This document shows, one piece after another, positions 40,357-55,439 of a stretch of 64,000 nucleotides of DNA. Within the stretch, counting starts at the first letter, position 1. Every line of letters starts with the position of its first letter. Both the position numbers and the translations under genes were made by a program. The notes beneath the pieces are model-generated. The model worked only from the letters and a program-made list of their open reading frames with translations, was not told the DNA's origin and made no database searches. The stretch lies in assembly GCF_009914755.1 (NCBI RefSeq), contig NC_060931.1. One strand, written 5' to 3'. The stretch is from the human T2T-CHM13v2.0 reference genome, Homo sapiens.

Positions 40357-40964
40357 CGGGTTTTAAACATTCTAGGGGGATGTCATGAGTACTTTGAAAC
40401 TATTACAAAAGCTGTGGATCTTCTTCCAAACACTGCGACTATGCATATACCTGCGTTATCTTCGGCCTGTCCTTTGTTTGCACGCAGTGGAGATCAACTC
40501 TGGCTAATTTAATCAAGGGAAGGATCCTGGGGTGGCTCATGAAATTGAATAAGAGAAAAGTGACCTGGATGAGGGCAAGGAAGTTCCAGGGGCTCAGCAG
40601 CCGGGGTTTGGGGGTTCTCTTTCTGATGCACTATCAGTAACTCAGCTTCAATAATCCCCAGTGCCCATATCTGCCCCAAATTTCAAAATCCCGGAAGAAA
40701 GAAGTCAAATTATTCTAGCTTGAGTCAGAATCTGTGGGCTCTTCCAGGAGGTTGGGATGCTTATGAGGGTCCAGTGGTGGAGGGTGAGGCCATTCCTAGC
40801 AATGGGGAAGTCATCATGAGCTAGGCAGGCATTTCTCCCAAATCTCAAATTTGCATGCAATCTCAGGGCATTCACAGTCTTCCTGCTTTGAAGGAAGATA
40901 TGACTAGTTTTGACAGAATTCATGGAATCTTGACTATTAGAGTTGGAAGGAGCTTAGATTATAT

Positions 40965-41105
40965 CTACATAGCTTTATTGAGCATGTACTATGTGTCAGA
41001 CATCAGGCTAAACACTTTACATGCACTTTCTCATTTTATTTTTACAGTAACGCCATAATACAGGTGCATTTTTATTCTATAGATAGGGAAACTGAGACAA
41101 TCACC
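40965..41105 (-). mobile_element. MIR SINE
   Basis: TTTATTGAGCATGTACTATGTGTCAGACA...ATAGATAGGGAAACTGAGAC. Confidence 0.75.
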
Positions 41106-44100
41106 ATAGAAAAGATAGTTTGGCATCCCCTAAATGCCTCATAATTTATTATAGTCAGAGGAAGAAATTCTACCCCTTCTTCTGAGCTCCTAGAGATCCA
41201 TATTTTATATCCAGTTAATAAGGTAAATTACAAAACAACATTTTGTCCCCATCTAAAATGGATTTCAGGGCAGACAAATCCCCCCTCATTCCTGTCTTTT
41301 TAAATGCCATAGTCAATCAGGATTTTGAAGAGGTTTTCATAGCGAGGAGCTATATTTAGCAGACTCCTTTTAATAAAGGAGGAAGCGCTCAGCCTTCTCG
41401 TATCTGCGCACCCCCGTTCCTGTCACCCGGTGGGTGGCCTCCCTCTGCCCACCTGCCCACCTCCTGCTGCGCTTCCCTGTGGCCTGACACTTGTCTTCCA
41501 TCTCCACATGTCTCACCCACAACTGTTCTGTTTCTGGGCCTCTCATCCACCCACTCTTGCTCTGTTCTTCTGTCACAGAACCCAGAACTCCTGCAGATTC
41601 CTCCTCGCCTTGGTGGTCATCCTGTCGGCCACTCCCCCTTTCCCGCAGGCAGCCCACTCCCTCACTCTCTCCCCACCTGCACTGAAACCTGCCTTCGTCC
41701 ACTTACCTGCTGTCACCTGCTCTGGCTGCCAAGCCGCACACCCTTTGAGCTTTCATCAGCAGATTCTGGGGTGTGTGTGTCTTCCTGGGTGTGAGGTTGT
41801 GACCGCAGATGACATTATACGACATGTCTGTCAGTGAAGCAGCTTTCTTTACTCAAATAGTATTATTTCAGCTTGAGCATGGTATCAGGTGGCTGTAAAG
41901 TTCCTGGAGGTTAGGAGGAGGAAGCCCAGGTGTGTCTTTGGCTCCTCCAGACTTGCCAGAATGCCAGGCTCATCGTAGGGTCTCCGTAAGAACTCGCCCT
42001 GGACCACCCCACTCATGTCACTAATAGTCAGGCTTCGAATGGAGACATCTGCCTGAGATAAAGCATGTGCACGCTTTCTACTCAAAGAAGACGGTCTCTA
42101 ATAATACCGCCTGTTTTGCTGTGCATATCACTGTGAACTCACTAAAGATTGATCTACTTTCCTCTAGGTAAAAAATATTCTTGTCACTTTAATTGATTCA
42201 TGCTGAATTCTTCTAAACAATGAGAAAGTAGATTAATTCTTTCTTCCTCCTGAGGTTGTTTTGCTCCCCTCCCTCAGCCTCCACACCCATTCCTGCCCGT
42301 CAGAAGACTCAGGTTGTGATCTCCAAAACCTAATCCTAGAAATGGTTAAAGAGCTAATTGAAAAGTACTAGAGTAATAACTACTCCGGGTTGGCATTAAT
42401 TTTTTCCCACCAATCACTGCAACATAAGTGGTGAGCACTGGCTTTCACATGTTCAACTCCTTTGCCATTTGGAAGTTACATGATGCTGGATGTTTTATAC
42501 ACAGTTTGGGGCTGATTTATATAGGGTCAGAAGACTTACTCTCATTTCCAAAGATCTACATACATAAACAAACAAAAATGAGTTAAATCAAATAACCTGG
42601 AGCTTCCTGAAATTTTTATTAAGGAAGGTGCAATGTTACCACTTTGGCAAACTCATCTGCATGAGTAGTATCCTGGGACAGTCCAAAAGCTCACTTGTGG
42701 TACCTTACTCCTGGCAGCAGTAAGGTTTCAATAGCTTTTCCTAGGTTCCAAAGTCCAACCGAGTCTAGTATAGTGTCACCACTTATTGATCTACAGGATC
42801 TAGGAACTGGGCCTTTTTGGGTTTCTTTAAGCTGGCAGAAACAAACTCCAAACCCTAAACTCCAGCCAGCGGAAACATGCCAGCAAATTCATCACTTCTT
42901 CCGGATACCACTACTCACGTTAGGTTCAAGAGGTACAAGTACAGAATGCATAGTAAAAAACACGTAGCTATTCTGGGCTCTCCTCTGTCAATTACATATA
43001 ATGGATAACGTAGAAGGGAAAGGGTATCTGTTCTCTATTACCAGCTTGCCACAATGAGTAAGTCACATGTGCTCTCCTGACAGCCCCTTCTGGACTCTGG
43101 AGTGGTCTGTCTAGTAGATTGGTTTTGAAACTGGGTCATATCCAGGCCTAGACTTCCATTTGTACAGCCTAAAGGAAGAAAGAAGGTACATCTGTACACA
43201 ACATAGTATAGTAAAAGAAAGAGCAGTGATAGCTATTATGTGTTTATCACTTACAGCTGGGAAGATTGATGGGTGTGGGAGGCCCCGATGTTCCCATGAT
43301 CTTAAGATCTCTGATGAGCCAATAATAACACACTAGTGCACCAACTATGCAGCTGTCACGAGGCAGCACCAAGCTGTCAAAGTCATCAATAGAATGACAG
43401 CCCCCTTTACTTTCAAAATTGTCCTTGATCAGTGTCAAAGCCGTTATTATTAGGAGATGTCTAAATGAATCTAAATGGGAAAATTATGTGGAGTCTATGG
43501 TTTTTACAAGAAATCTTTGAGTCTGAATAGGGAGTCATTCAGAGACTTGGGGGGAAAAGGCTGTTCCTAGTGACCCCGGTCTTTCAGAGGGGTGACTGGC
43601 ATGAGCACCTCGAAGGTCTGCCTGGGATGTCTAGAAAAGGAGAATCTTTTTCTTTTTAAGAATGTGGCTGCTTTGGAAACCGAGCAGTCTCTGACAGAAG
43701 GCAGCCTTCAGGGACCAGGCACATGGCTGGAAAATGTCTTGTTCTAGGCCCAAGCAATTACCACTAAGGGACATTGTAGCTGCATTTCACCTAGAAATAC
43801 TTCAAGCACTAAAATCCATTTCCTCTCAGGTTAAAATTCCCTTTTTAAAAAAAAAGAGAAAGAAAGAGAGGGAATTATTTAGGCTGAAAGGACAGAATGA
43901 GAGAAGCCAAGCCAAAACTGAGTTAAAAGGTAGATCATACCTCTCTCTGCGACCTTCCTTCCTTCTTTCCTGGGCTTTGGGGGCCACACCCTCTATGTGA
44001 AGTTGGGAGGTGGCTCTGTGTTACTCTTTTATCACAGGCACTGGGGGCTCTAAGCCCCAGGCCTACACTCTTCTACTATGAACAGGCTTTGGTGGTTTCT

Positions 44101-44866
44101 ATTCTCAAGTGACAAGCTTTTTGTTTATTTCTGTTTCCTATTTCACAAAAACATTTTACTGTGGTTTCAGACAGATCAGCTCCCACTCAGAATCAAGTGA
44201 GTTTTACTGGTTGCTGAAATCCTCTCCTACTCCACAGGGGCTGGCCTCATCCCCAGCCCTTCCAGGGGCCGCCTGGTATCCCAGTGGGGTTTGAAGAACG
44301 CATGTCACATTCTACAATTTGGTTCACCTTGCCTTTGCGTTTTCAAAGCCAGAAATTCTCAAACTACCTGCCCCGTTCTGACACGACATGTGATTAGACA
44401 TTTTAGACATAGCTTGGGATTGAAGGCAGGTATCATAACTTCCCAGTTACGACCTTTAGCTCTCAATCCCATTTTACTCAGAACCTTTCTAATGTGCATA
44501 TTTTCTTGAAAGAAAATTTATGCTTCTCTACCTCTGCAGGGAATCTCAGATGAACTATATACACAGTGTACTCAGCCTTGGCCAGTATCTGAACATTGAT
44601 TTTGTTTTTAAGAGCAAACAAATATTTATGGAGAATACAAACAATATGCGGCAGGAATTAGGGAAAGAATCACTCTGGTAGGGAGAATGAGGGAGGGTTT
44701 TAAAAGGAAGATGGCATCTGAGCTTGACGCAGAAAGTGAATGCGATTTGACAGATGGGAAAGGAAGAGAGAGTTCAGAGGGCAGGGCTAGAGATGGTGAA
44801 GTGGCCAAAGAGGCTGGGCAGGAAACCCTTGGCAGAGCTGAGATGGTCTTGAAGGCCAGGCTGTAG

Positions 44867-45205
<339 letters not shown>

Positions 45206-45244
45206 TAAAAATACTTTTAAACACACCATTGCTGGCTTGAAGTG

Positions 45245-45830
45245 ATTTTTTTTATTGTGGTTAAATATACATAAGATTTACCCTTTTAACGGTTTTTGAG
45301 TGTACAGTTCAGTGGTCTTAAGCACATTCACATTGCTGTGCGACCATCACCTCCATCCATCTCCAGAACTTTTCATCTTGCAAATCTGAAACTCTGTCCT
45401 CCATAGACATGAATTCCCCCATTCTCCCCTCCCCCAGCCTCTGGTAACCCCCACTCTACTTTCTGTGTCTATGAATTTGCTGACTCTAGGGACCTCAGAT
45501 ACACGGAATCACGCCTGTTATTTTGTGAGTGGCTCATTTCACTTAGCATTATGTCCTCAAGGTTCATCCATGTTGTAGCATGTGTGAGAATGTTCTTCCC
45601 TTTAAGGCTGAACAACATTTCATTATATGTGCGTGCCCCATTTTGTTTATCCATTCATCCGTCAGCGGATACATCAGTTGCTTCCACCTTTTGGTTATTG
45701 TGAATAATGCTGCTGTGAACATGGCTATGAAAATATCTGTTGGAATCCCTGCTTTCACTTTTGGGGGAATATACAGAGGAGTGGAATTCTATGGTTTTTT
45801 TTTTTGAGAAACTGCCATATTGTTTTATTA
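45245..45830 (-). mobile_element. L1MB-type 3' end
   Basis: TTTATTGTGGTTAAATATACATAA...TCCAGAACTTTTCATCTTGCAAA; ORF remnants TWMNLEDIMLSE and MFTAALFTITKRWKQ. Confidence 0.85.
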
Positions 45831-48800
45831 TGAAAAATTTTAGGCATGTACAAAAGTTGAAAGAAAAGTACAATAAACAATTATATACTGATCACTCAGA
45901 TTCAAAACAAAACAAGTCTCAAACTACCTAACCCTAGAATGCAATTTGATTGATGATCTTACATATAGTATGAGATAGAGAGACAAAGATTATAATATCC
46001 TAGTTCTGACCTTTAACACTCAATTCCATATCATGCACAAAATTCTGATACTTATTTGCTTAAAAGAAAATTTATCCTTCTATGCTTCTGAAGTGAACAG
46101 AGAAATCCATTATCCAAATCTAACAAGTGCTAATATTTTGCCATATTAACATCATCTTTCTCTCTTCCTCTCTGCCTACCTATCAAAAAGTTTGATTTTC
46201 AGTCATCCACTTCAGTGTAAATTGCAGGCTTCAGGACCCTTCATCCCTGCATACATCAGCATACCTACATAGCCACATTGCCATGATCACATCCAACAAA
46301 GTGAACTATGATTCCCTAACATCACCCATGCCTCATTCATTTTTTAATGTGCACAAATGTCCCCCAAATGTCTATTATGGTTGGGTTTCTTTTTCCAAAC
46401 CGGAATACAGTAACCAAGGATCGCACATGGCAGGCCTTTGACTCTATCCAGTAGCTAAAAGGGAGTCTCTGGAGGTTTTGAGCAGGAGAGAAAAGATCAA
46501 ATCTGGCTCAGTGGACAGCAGCATCTCTCTAGGTCCCTGGGAGCCATAATCTAACTCTTGGTGGGTGGATTTAGAAGACTCAAGAATGAATCCCTACTCA
46601 GAGGCAAACTAGATGTAGGTTCTAATGGGGCTTTCATCTGTCATATACTCTTGCCAACCTTCAACATAACTGAAAAAAAGACAGAGTAGTCATTACCAAG
46701 CAACCACAGGTTCTGCATTCACCATCTCCAAGCCTTGTTACTTAAAGTAAATAATGCACCAGTTGCAGCAATCTTAGCCTGTGCTTTTGTGGCACATTTA
46801 GATGCTGGGAATTCACAGTATGTATGATAACTCATTTTCTTCTGCGGGGCTCTTCCTCTCCTCTTTGGTAAAGAGAACTTGCTTCTGGGGAAGGAGGCAG
46901 CCCTCCTGGGGCGAAATGGGAGGGGTGTTTTTCTTCTCCAGGGCAGCTCTGTCTTTAGCTTACTGTGAAACCAAGAACTCTTAAATTCTTAATCTGTCAC
47001 TGAATCAGCAGTGTATTTACTGAGAGACAACTATTTACTCAGCATCGAGGGGAAGTCACAGGAAATATAAAGCACTTGAAACCAGGAGAAAGAAAACTAA
47101 TAGAAGCAAAATAACGACAGAATCCATGCTTTCAACCAAGAGTACAAAGTGTAGCAGTTGTTCAAATTAGGGAGAGATCAAAGAGGAAGGAAGGAGCCAG
47201 AGGACTTCCAGGAAAGAAGGAGGCATGGCATGTGGCTAAGACGTCAGGAGCAGGGGAAGATTTCTATCTTCTGGACACCATGAGATCAGAGCTCAGTGCT
47301 CTTCATGGAAACCATCCCCTCCCATGACTTAGTGGGTATACCAGCAGCTGCTCCAAAGAGAAAGAGAAAGGTCCAAAGAGAGACGACATTGTTAGAAATC
47401 TCTTGCAAAGATGTTCTCATAATCTCAAGAAAACTGCAACTTTATTCCTCCTGGTTGTTTATGCTTGTGGTTATCACAGATCATACCCTTGCTTTCCTTC
47501 AGGGAGCCGTGTTTGGGGCATGGAGAATATTGGGTAGGCCAACTAGACAAGTGAATTTCAAGGTTACAACACTCCATTGTGGGGAATTCATTCAAAGACA
47601 TGCTTTTAACTTTCATTTAGGAGGAATTTATTAGCCTAGAATATTTCTTTTCTTCTTTAGACAAAGGGACAGCTTCATTCTTTGATGTTTACCCTCCATT
47701 ATTTATGTTCTTTTTACCTTCAAAAGACTGGACACATTCAAGGGAAACTCCTCTTTTTTTTTTTTTCCTCAGTGAATCAGTGGCAAGCTCTGTCACTTGA
47801 GGTCCTGATGACGTGCAGTTGGGTTTCTTGAGGATTTTGCTTTTGTGTTGAGAATGATTCCACAGAGTTTGGTAAGGGGTTTTTCCCCTAACAATCACAG
47901 CCGTGCCCTCTGCACCTTCCATGAAACCCTGAAAAGACTGGAAAGAATGCGTCACCTCCGTGACAGCTTCTTCACCCCCGCCTGTTGCTGGTCTTGGTGC
48001 TTGTCTACAGAGATTTAGTGTCATGGCAAGAAATTAGGCTTTGGGCCTAAAAGGGTTTGATTCAGATATGGCCTCCCCACATCCTTGGTATGTGAACCTA
48101 ATATCACGAAGACCCTCTCCTGTGTGGTGGCTTGGGAGTGGAATCTGGGTTTGAAGCCCAGCTCTGCCAGTCACTGGCAATGTGGCCTTGGATCAGTTAT
48201 CTACAGGTTTTTGAACCTCAGTTTCCTGATCTATAGGATTGGGGCAATAATATCTAACTTATTTTGGGGATAGTAAGTTACATTATAAAATGCCTCATCT
48301 TCCACAATGCATGAGAACACCAGCCAAATCATAGCCCCTGTGTAGAATAATAACCTGTGTGGTATCTCCGACCCAGGGATACAGTCCCTGACATAGATAT
48401 CATTTTCTCCCAACACCAGTGTTCATGTGGATCTATGGTATTTTGAGCAAGTTCTGTCATTTTCCATTTTGCATCTATGCTATATTAGTTTACATATTCT
48501 CAGACTCTACTAAGATACAGAATAGAGGAATGACATAAACAGTTCTTTTTATATATATTTTTTCTCCTCAGCTATATCTCACCCCAAATCCTCTTTTGCC
48601 TCACTACTCTGAATGTCTTCCAGCATACAAGCCTGCTTTAAAGTTCTTGTTCTATGTTTTAACTATGTGTTCCCCATGAACTCTGTGACCACCTATGATC
48701 CCTTTGACCTTTCATGATCTCACAGCTTCTCTTTGTCTACCCTCAGTACCCTGCCGCCTCTTCACCTGCAATGTGACCCTCTCACTCCTGTTTCCAATTG

Positions 48801-48930
48801 CCTTGTCCAGACACTGGGCAGTCCTCCACTGCTGACCCCTGGACACCTACTTGTTTTTATCTAATCATCCTGATTCTAGTCCCTTAGTATCCATAGAAAT
48901 TTGGCTGCAAATATACTCCAGGAGAATCTA

Positions 48931-49220
<290 letters not shown>

Positions 49221-52200
49221 TCAGTTTCCAGAGTTTCCTTGTTTTGGATCTCCTCAGAAGCTCAGAGGAGGAGCAGAGCTGGTTGGTTACTCTCTTCTTA
49301 GGACAAGGAAGCTGCAGCCTAGTGACATCAGAGGTCTCCCCAAGGCCTCCCTGCCAGTCTTCAGTGGTTCCAGAACCCGAGGTGATGGCGTCTGGCTCTG
49401 TCCTCACTCCACCACACTCTGCTCCCCCTCAGTCAATGGCAAATCAGCACTGTATATTCATGTGCTTATTTATACACATATGGATTTCTATATCAGGGGA
49501 ATGGGAGAGAAGGATGGGCATGGGGGTTGGGAATGGGTTGGAACCAGAGAGCTATAATTCATCCTTTCTCCCACACAAACCACTGAAATACCACATATAA
49601 TAAACAGCGTCACCCACAAAATGCCATGATTATACAGCGTTGCTTCATATTCAGGAGGAGAGGGAGGGGGCGGCACTAATTAACAGGTGGATTTGGGAAA
49701 TTTACAACATACTATTACTGGTAATAGAATTATCTTCACCCTTAGTCATTCAAGGAGATACGGGGATCCTCCCAGCTCTGCATCTGGCCATGCCCTGAGA
49801 GAGAGAGTGATGCAAGGGGCTTGGGGGTGCTCACCAGCTCTCTCAGAGAGGGGAGGTGGGGAGCCAGGCAACAGCTCAGGGTTGGGGGTGGCCATGCCAT
49901 CACAGCAGGGAAAGAGTGGCATTGTCAGGCCAGCACGCCTCACCTGTTGGGCATCCCAAGTTGTTCCCAGTCTTCTTGCGTGCCTCCCCTCCCAGGAGTT
50001 TGCTGCCCAAAATCCAAAGTAAGAAGAGTAAGAATCTGTTTCAACATGTTAAAAGAGGCAAATACCCTACCACTTTCCCATCGCCCATGCCTACTCCCAC
50101 CTGCCACTCGCCTGCCTTTTTCCCAAAGGCGCCCCATACTTACTCTGCTGTGCCGCAGGGGTCCCTGGTTCTGCGGCATTTGCCGCCTTGAAGGTCTTTG
50201 AGAGCCAGAATGACCTTCAGGGCTCAACGGGTCTGGGCCTCTCATACTGCAGAGTGGAAAACAGAGCCTCAGAAAGATGAGGCGACAGCGCTGGGACTAG
50301 AAAAGTTTCAACCCACGCTTGGGCTGACCACTGCCTTTCTTCCTCCCATCATAATATCTGCATCTGTTCACAGGCTAGAGGCTGCTCCATATGTGGCCTC
50401 AAAGAAGAGAAAAATGGGATAAGGTTTAAGGAACAAGACACAGACAGTGGGCACAGTGACCCATCTTAGCAGTCTGTTAGATGTCCACATGAGCCCAGAG
50501 AGAGGATAAAGAAGGTCAGCATTGCAGAGTGGAAATGAGAGACAAAGTGATAATGGAGCTGGTAAAAAACACACTTCAACAGTCGCTGAGGGTTGGGGGT
50601 TGTTGAAATCTCACCATCAATTCTGTATGGGGACAATAGCTCTCCAAGACATTTGTGATTATTGTCATTCATTCAGGAGAGAAAAAGAGAGCCAACAGGA
50701 CAAAATGTCATCAAAATTGAGCTTGGTTTTTTGTCCCATGAGCATTGTTGAGGAGGGAAACGAGATGTGGGAATAGTGTCACTATTACTGCCATCATCAC
50801 CGTAAGAACACCATGGGGTCAGCTCACGTTCATTGAAGGTTGAGGGCTGCACAGAAGATGAACTTCAGTTGGTGCCTGAAGTAATGAGATCGTGGAATTT
50901 TCTGCCCAAAATCATAGTGATTAACTGTTTCATCCAGCTTCTTTCCCCCAGAAATGGTACAGTGAGAGAGGAAAAATAAAAACCAATTTAAGTAAGCAGA
51001 GCCTTGAGAGACAAGAAAAGGTTCTTCTCTTGAGTAATTTTTGGACTTCCTTTAACATGGGAATCCTGAGGCCATTTGTGCTGTGAAGATCCCTCTGTTG
51101 GCAAATCAGGTCAGGAGTAACGTCACTTCCCTGAGTCAGACCTCTCCAGCAAGCCCTGAGACGGACGGACCTTACCCAGAGCCACCAGCCTCCAACTTAG
51201 AATGAGCCATGGTCTGGATTTTCTCCATAGTAGGTGACTTGGAACTTGGAACACATTTTCTGATAGGCATCATGCTATGAATGGCAGACAGGTTCTCCAG
51301 CCAGTGAGTAAATACCCGTCAGCCCATTTGTAACTGAGCTGGGAGTTAGGAGCCCTGGATTCTGGTTTCAGCTCTGTCACTAGCTACCTATGTGATATGA
51401 GCAAATCCTTTAGTTACTGCCCCTGATTTTCTCACCCCAAGTCTGATTATTTCTCTCTATTGGCTAATATAGAATTTAATTGCCATTAGGAATACTTTCA
51501 TAGGAAGCTATATTCCAATTCCTCATGTGTAATGACAAGAATGCATCTCTTCGCCCACCCGAGGCAGAGGCAAGGAAGTTCTGCCCCCACTGTCCCCAGC
51601 AGCCCAGAGCCTGGCTGCAGTAGTTATCGGGCAAATGGGGACTCAGAAGAGAGCTAGAGCTGTGATATTGGCCCCTCTGGCATCAGGGCAGCAGGGAAAA
51701 TGGGAAGGGGTCCAACTCAGCTATACCAGGCTCTGAGTCAAGTTCATTTTCAGAGTCAGGAGATTGGTAGTGGTGTGTGGAGTGGGCAGGTAGGAGAGGT
51801 CACCAAGGCAAGTTTGGGGAGGGGTGTCCCAGTGTGTACAGCTCAACTTTCTAGTGCATGGGGAATTCTGTAAAGAGGATTTGACCAGGGTTAAGGGCGA
51901 TATCAAAAGCAAACTTTAGGATATTTAAGACCTTTGCCTGACTTTTACAGTCTAGAACTTCATGGCAACTCCTTCAGGAGGCTAAATTTGAGTTCTATAT
52001 CTCCATTTTGAAAAGGAGAAGCCTTTTTCATGCCTTTTGCTTCTGAAACACCTTGGACATCTGGGAACATTGAGGATGGAGGGATCCTCTGTTTTGCTGT
52101 GCTGCTTGGGTAGCAGCTGTGACCCAGCTCCTATGCCTTGGAGTCTGGGGAATACCCAGAGAAACAGGAGGACGGCACAGGAGCTGACTCAGGGGAAGCT

Positions 52201-55113
52201 GCAGTGAACAGCACATCCCCTCCTCTCCACTTCTTTCCTCCCATCCCCTCTGTTTCTCTCTTTCCCACCACAATGAGGTTTCTTTTGTTCCCAAGGTTTG
52301 AAGCCTCAGACACCAGTGTGGTATTTTCACTGGGACATCTGCAAGAGCACATGGGAGGTAAATTTGACTGTTCAGCAGGAAGCAGGAAATGTGATTTGCT
52401 GGAATAATTTGATGGAAAACTCTGAGCTTTCTGGAAGCCACAGGGGGTACTGTGGGAGGGCTTCAGCAAGCCCAGGGTTGGCAGGTGATTCAGGTAGCTC
52501 TTGCCCAACCGTCTCCGTCTACAGAGGAGGAATCTAAGACCCAGAAAGATGAACTGACTTCGCCAAGATCATCAAGCTAGGAGGTGACAGAGGAAGGGCA
52601 GTAACCCCACTATTTGTCATTATTAAAGCTCCTGGTACATTTTCAGAGAAGAGGCATTAAGGAGAGATGGCTCAAAGGGCATCTTCATCAGTGGGAAAAT
52701 ACGCCGTCTCCCCAGTCATCCCAATTAGAAAGTATCAAGCGGTAATCAGTGTGCTCTGAATATGCGGACAGCACAGATTCAGCACCTGTTTTCTTCCTTT
52801 GCTTTTTCTTTTTTAATTTTGGAAAGATTTCATATCAATGCTAATTCTGACCAGATTTATCTCCTCCATCCTGACTTCCCTCCCATTTTCTTGTTTCTTA
52901 TCTTCAGATGCCTATCACACATCCCCACTCAGACCTTGCCTTTATCTCAAAGCACGGCACAGGCCAGTTGAAGTGCTTTTCTCCTTATACCTGGACTTTG
53001 GCTGCAGCTGTCTGACTGGATTCCTGGCCTTCAGTCTGTCCCTGACTTGGGTAACACTGGAGTCTATTGCTAGCGTAAGCACTGTGGGGAAGCTAGTGGG
53101 AAATATGGAGGGTGGTGGCATCATATTTGAATATATTAGCTGATATATAGTCAGGGCAGAATCATGACAAGACCTCAGGTCTCCTGATTCCCAGTCTAGT
53201 GCTTTTTTCATAACATTCCAGTATAGTAGAAGTAAAAAGTGGTGCCCATTCTTTGGAGTCTATGGTAATGAAATGTTCTCAATAATCACAAATGTCCAAG
53301 GAGGGTGGCTTGTCCTTAACTAAGCTTGCTAGACACCTCTGGGTCTTTGCAGAACAAGTCATTTCACACCTGTTTTCTAAGCATGTGTCTTTGCATTTCT
53401 CCAAAGATGGTTTATGGGCATCATTTTGTTCGCCTTCGTTGTTTGCACCTTAAACTACATTAAAGGGAGTATCAGATGGCTTCCAGACTGCTAAGTCAGC
53501 AAGGGCTCTCTACATCTCTATGAATCCTTTCCTCTGCTGGCCCTAGGGATTTTCTACTTTCCTTTCCTTTTTAAAGTTATGTCTTACTTTGGGTCTTGAA
53601 ATTTTCATTGCTCCTCCCTTTCTTCCTTCCTATATTTGAAAATAAGTGCACCGGTATTCTCCATCTAAAAAGAAAATGTAGTGGCCAAGAAAAACTCATA
53701 TTCAGGAACTTTACAAACAATCAGTCTCCCATGTGTCAAACTCTGTGTTGGGTTCTGGGAACACAAAGATAAATAGAAGCTGATATTTGATCTCCAGGAG
53801 CCCATGGGTACAGATGTTTAGAACATGAAATTCCAAGTGCTATGGGTCGTCATGCATCACTGCAGGGATTCTTCTAGTAGAAGGCCACCCCTCTATACTG
53901 GGAGTTCTAAAGTTTTGGACCAAGCTTAGCAGAGGTCTCTGCTCATATTTTTTATCTTTCCTGCATCTATTCAACAGGTGACAAAGACAAAGATATGTCC
54001 AAATGACCTAAGACGGAGGTTCAAAAGTACAGAGAAGTTTCTATATACTCTCTTCATTTCACCCTTCCTTGAACTTCAAGATGCTCTTGCCCCTGGCTTA
54101 TTCTCTCAAACACATTTGCATTTTGCTGCCACTGCTTCAACTGGGGCCCTGGGAGGTATGTATCCCTTAGCTTGGGCCAGTTCTGCCCTTCTTTTTCCAA
54201 GACTGTTTCATCTTTCCTAGAACCTCCTGTCTCCTCCTCCTCCTCCTTGTTTGAGGCAGGGAATACACCCACCCATTCCCAGAATAGTGCCTTTCACCCA
54301 TACTCTTGTTTAAGGCAGCTGGCAGCTTTACATCAGAGTTAAGTCTTTCACGTAATTCTGTCAAAAGGTGTTTAAATCCTTTTGCAAAGCAAGGGCCTCC
54401 TTAACACTCTCACAAAGAAGGCTGCAGCCTGCTCTTCGTGGGTTGTAGGAATGGTCAAAGAGGGCTTCAGGAGAAAGTAACCTTTCATCTGGGCCTTGAG
54501 GTGTGAGTAGTAGAGTGGGGAAGTATTCTAAGTACAGGGAGTCACTGGTGGGACACACAAGAAACACAGAGTGTGCAAGGACATGGTGTGTCACCATCAC
54601 CCGTCTGGCTTGTCTTCTCTGCCCCCCAGCTTAGATGGTAACCAGTTGTCTCAATATTGCATGTCTTCTCTTTTAGCCTCTGAGATCTTCTCCAAAGGCC
54701 TGAGCATCTCCTCCTTCAGAATGACTATCTGGAAGCACTTATCAGGGGCAATAAAAGTGTGGGCCAGTGGTCATTAAAGGTCCAAGTCTCCAGTGGGTCA
54801 TTGCTGATCTAGGGTAGCTATAGCCTGGGAGCCTCTTCTTCATCCTCAGGTTTATCCAGTGTCAAAGCATCATTTTGCAAAAGTTAAAAACATGACTCTC
54901 ATATAAAATAGAATGAGTACATTTCAAAAATATATTCAATTCATGAATGAATGAGGGAACCCACTAAGATGGTAAAAAACTGATTCTAAGACCATTAAAG
55001 AACAAGAGTTTATTCCTTCCATAGGGAAAGGCATTTAAAATAACATTTAAAATATATTAGAATGAGATTGCTAGGTAAGATATAAAATTGGTTCAGGTAC
55101 CACTGGGCAATAA

Positions 55114-55439
<326 letters not shown>

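Noticed and set aside
42769-42780. TATAGTGTCACC, matching part of the reverse SP6 promoter (vector contamination?)
   Set aside because: Only 12 of 18 nt match, flanks are not vector-like; consistent with chance
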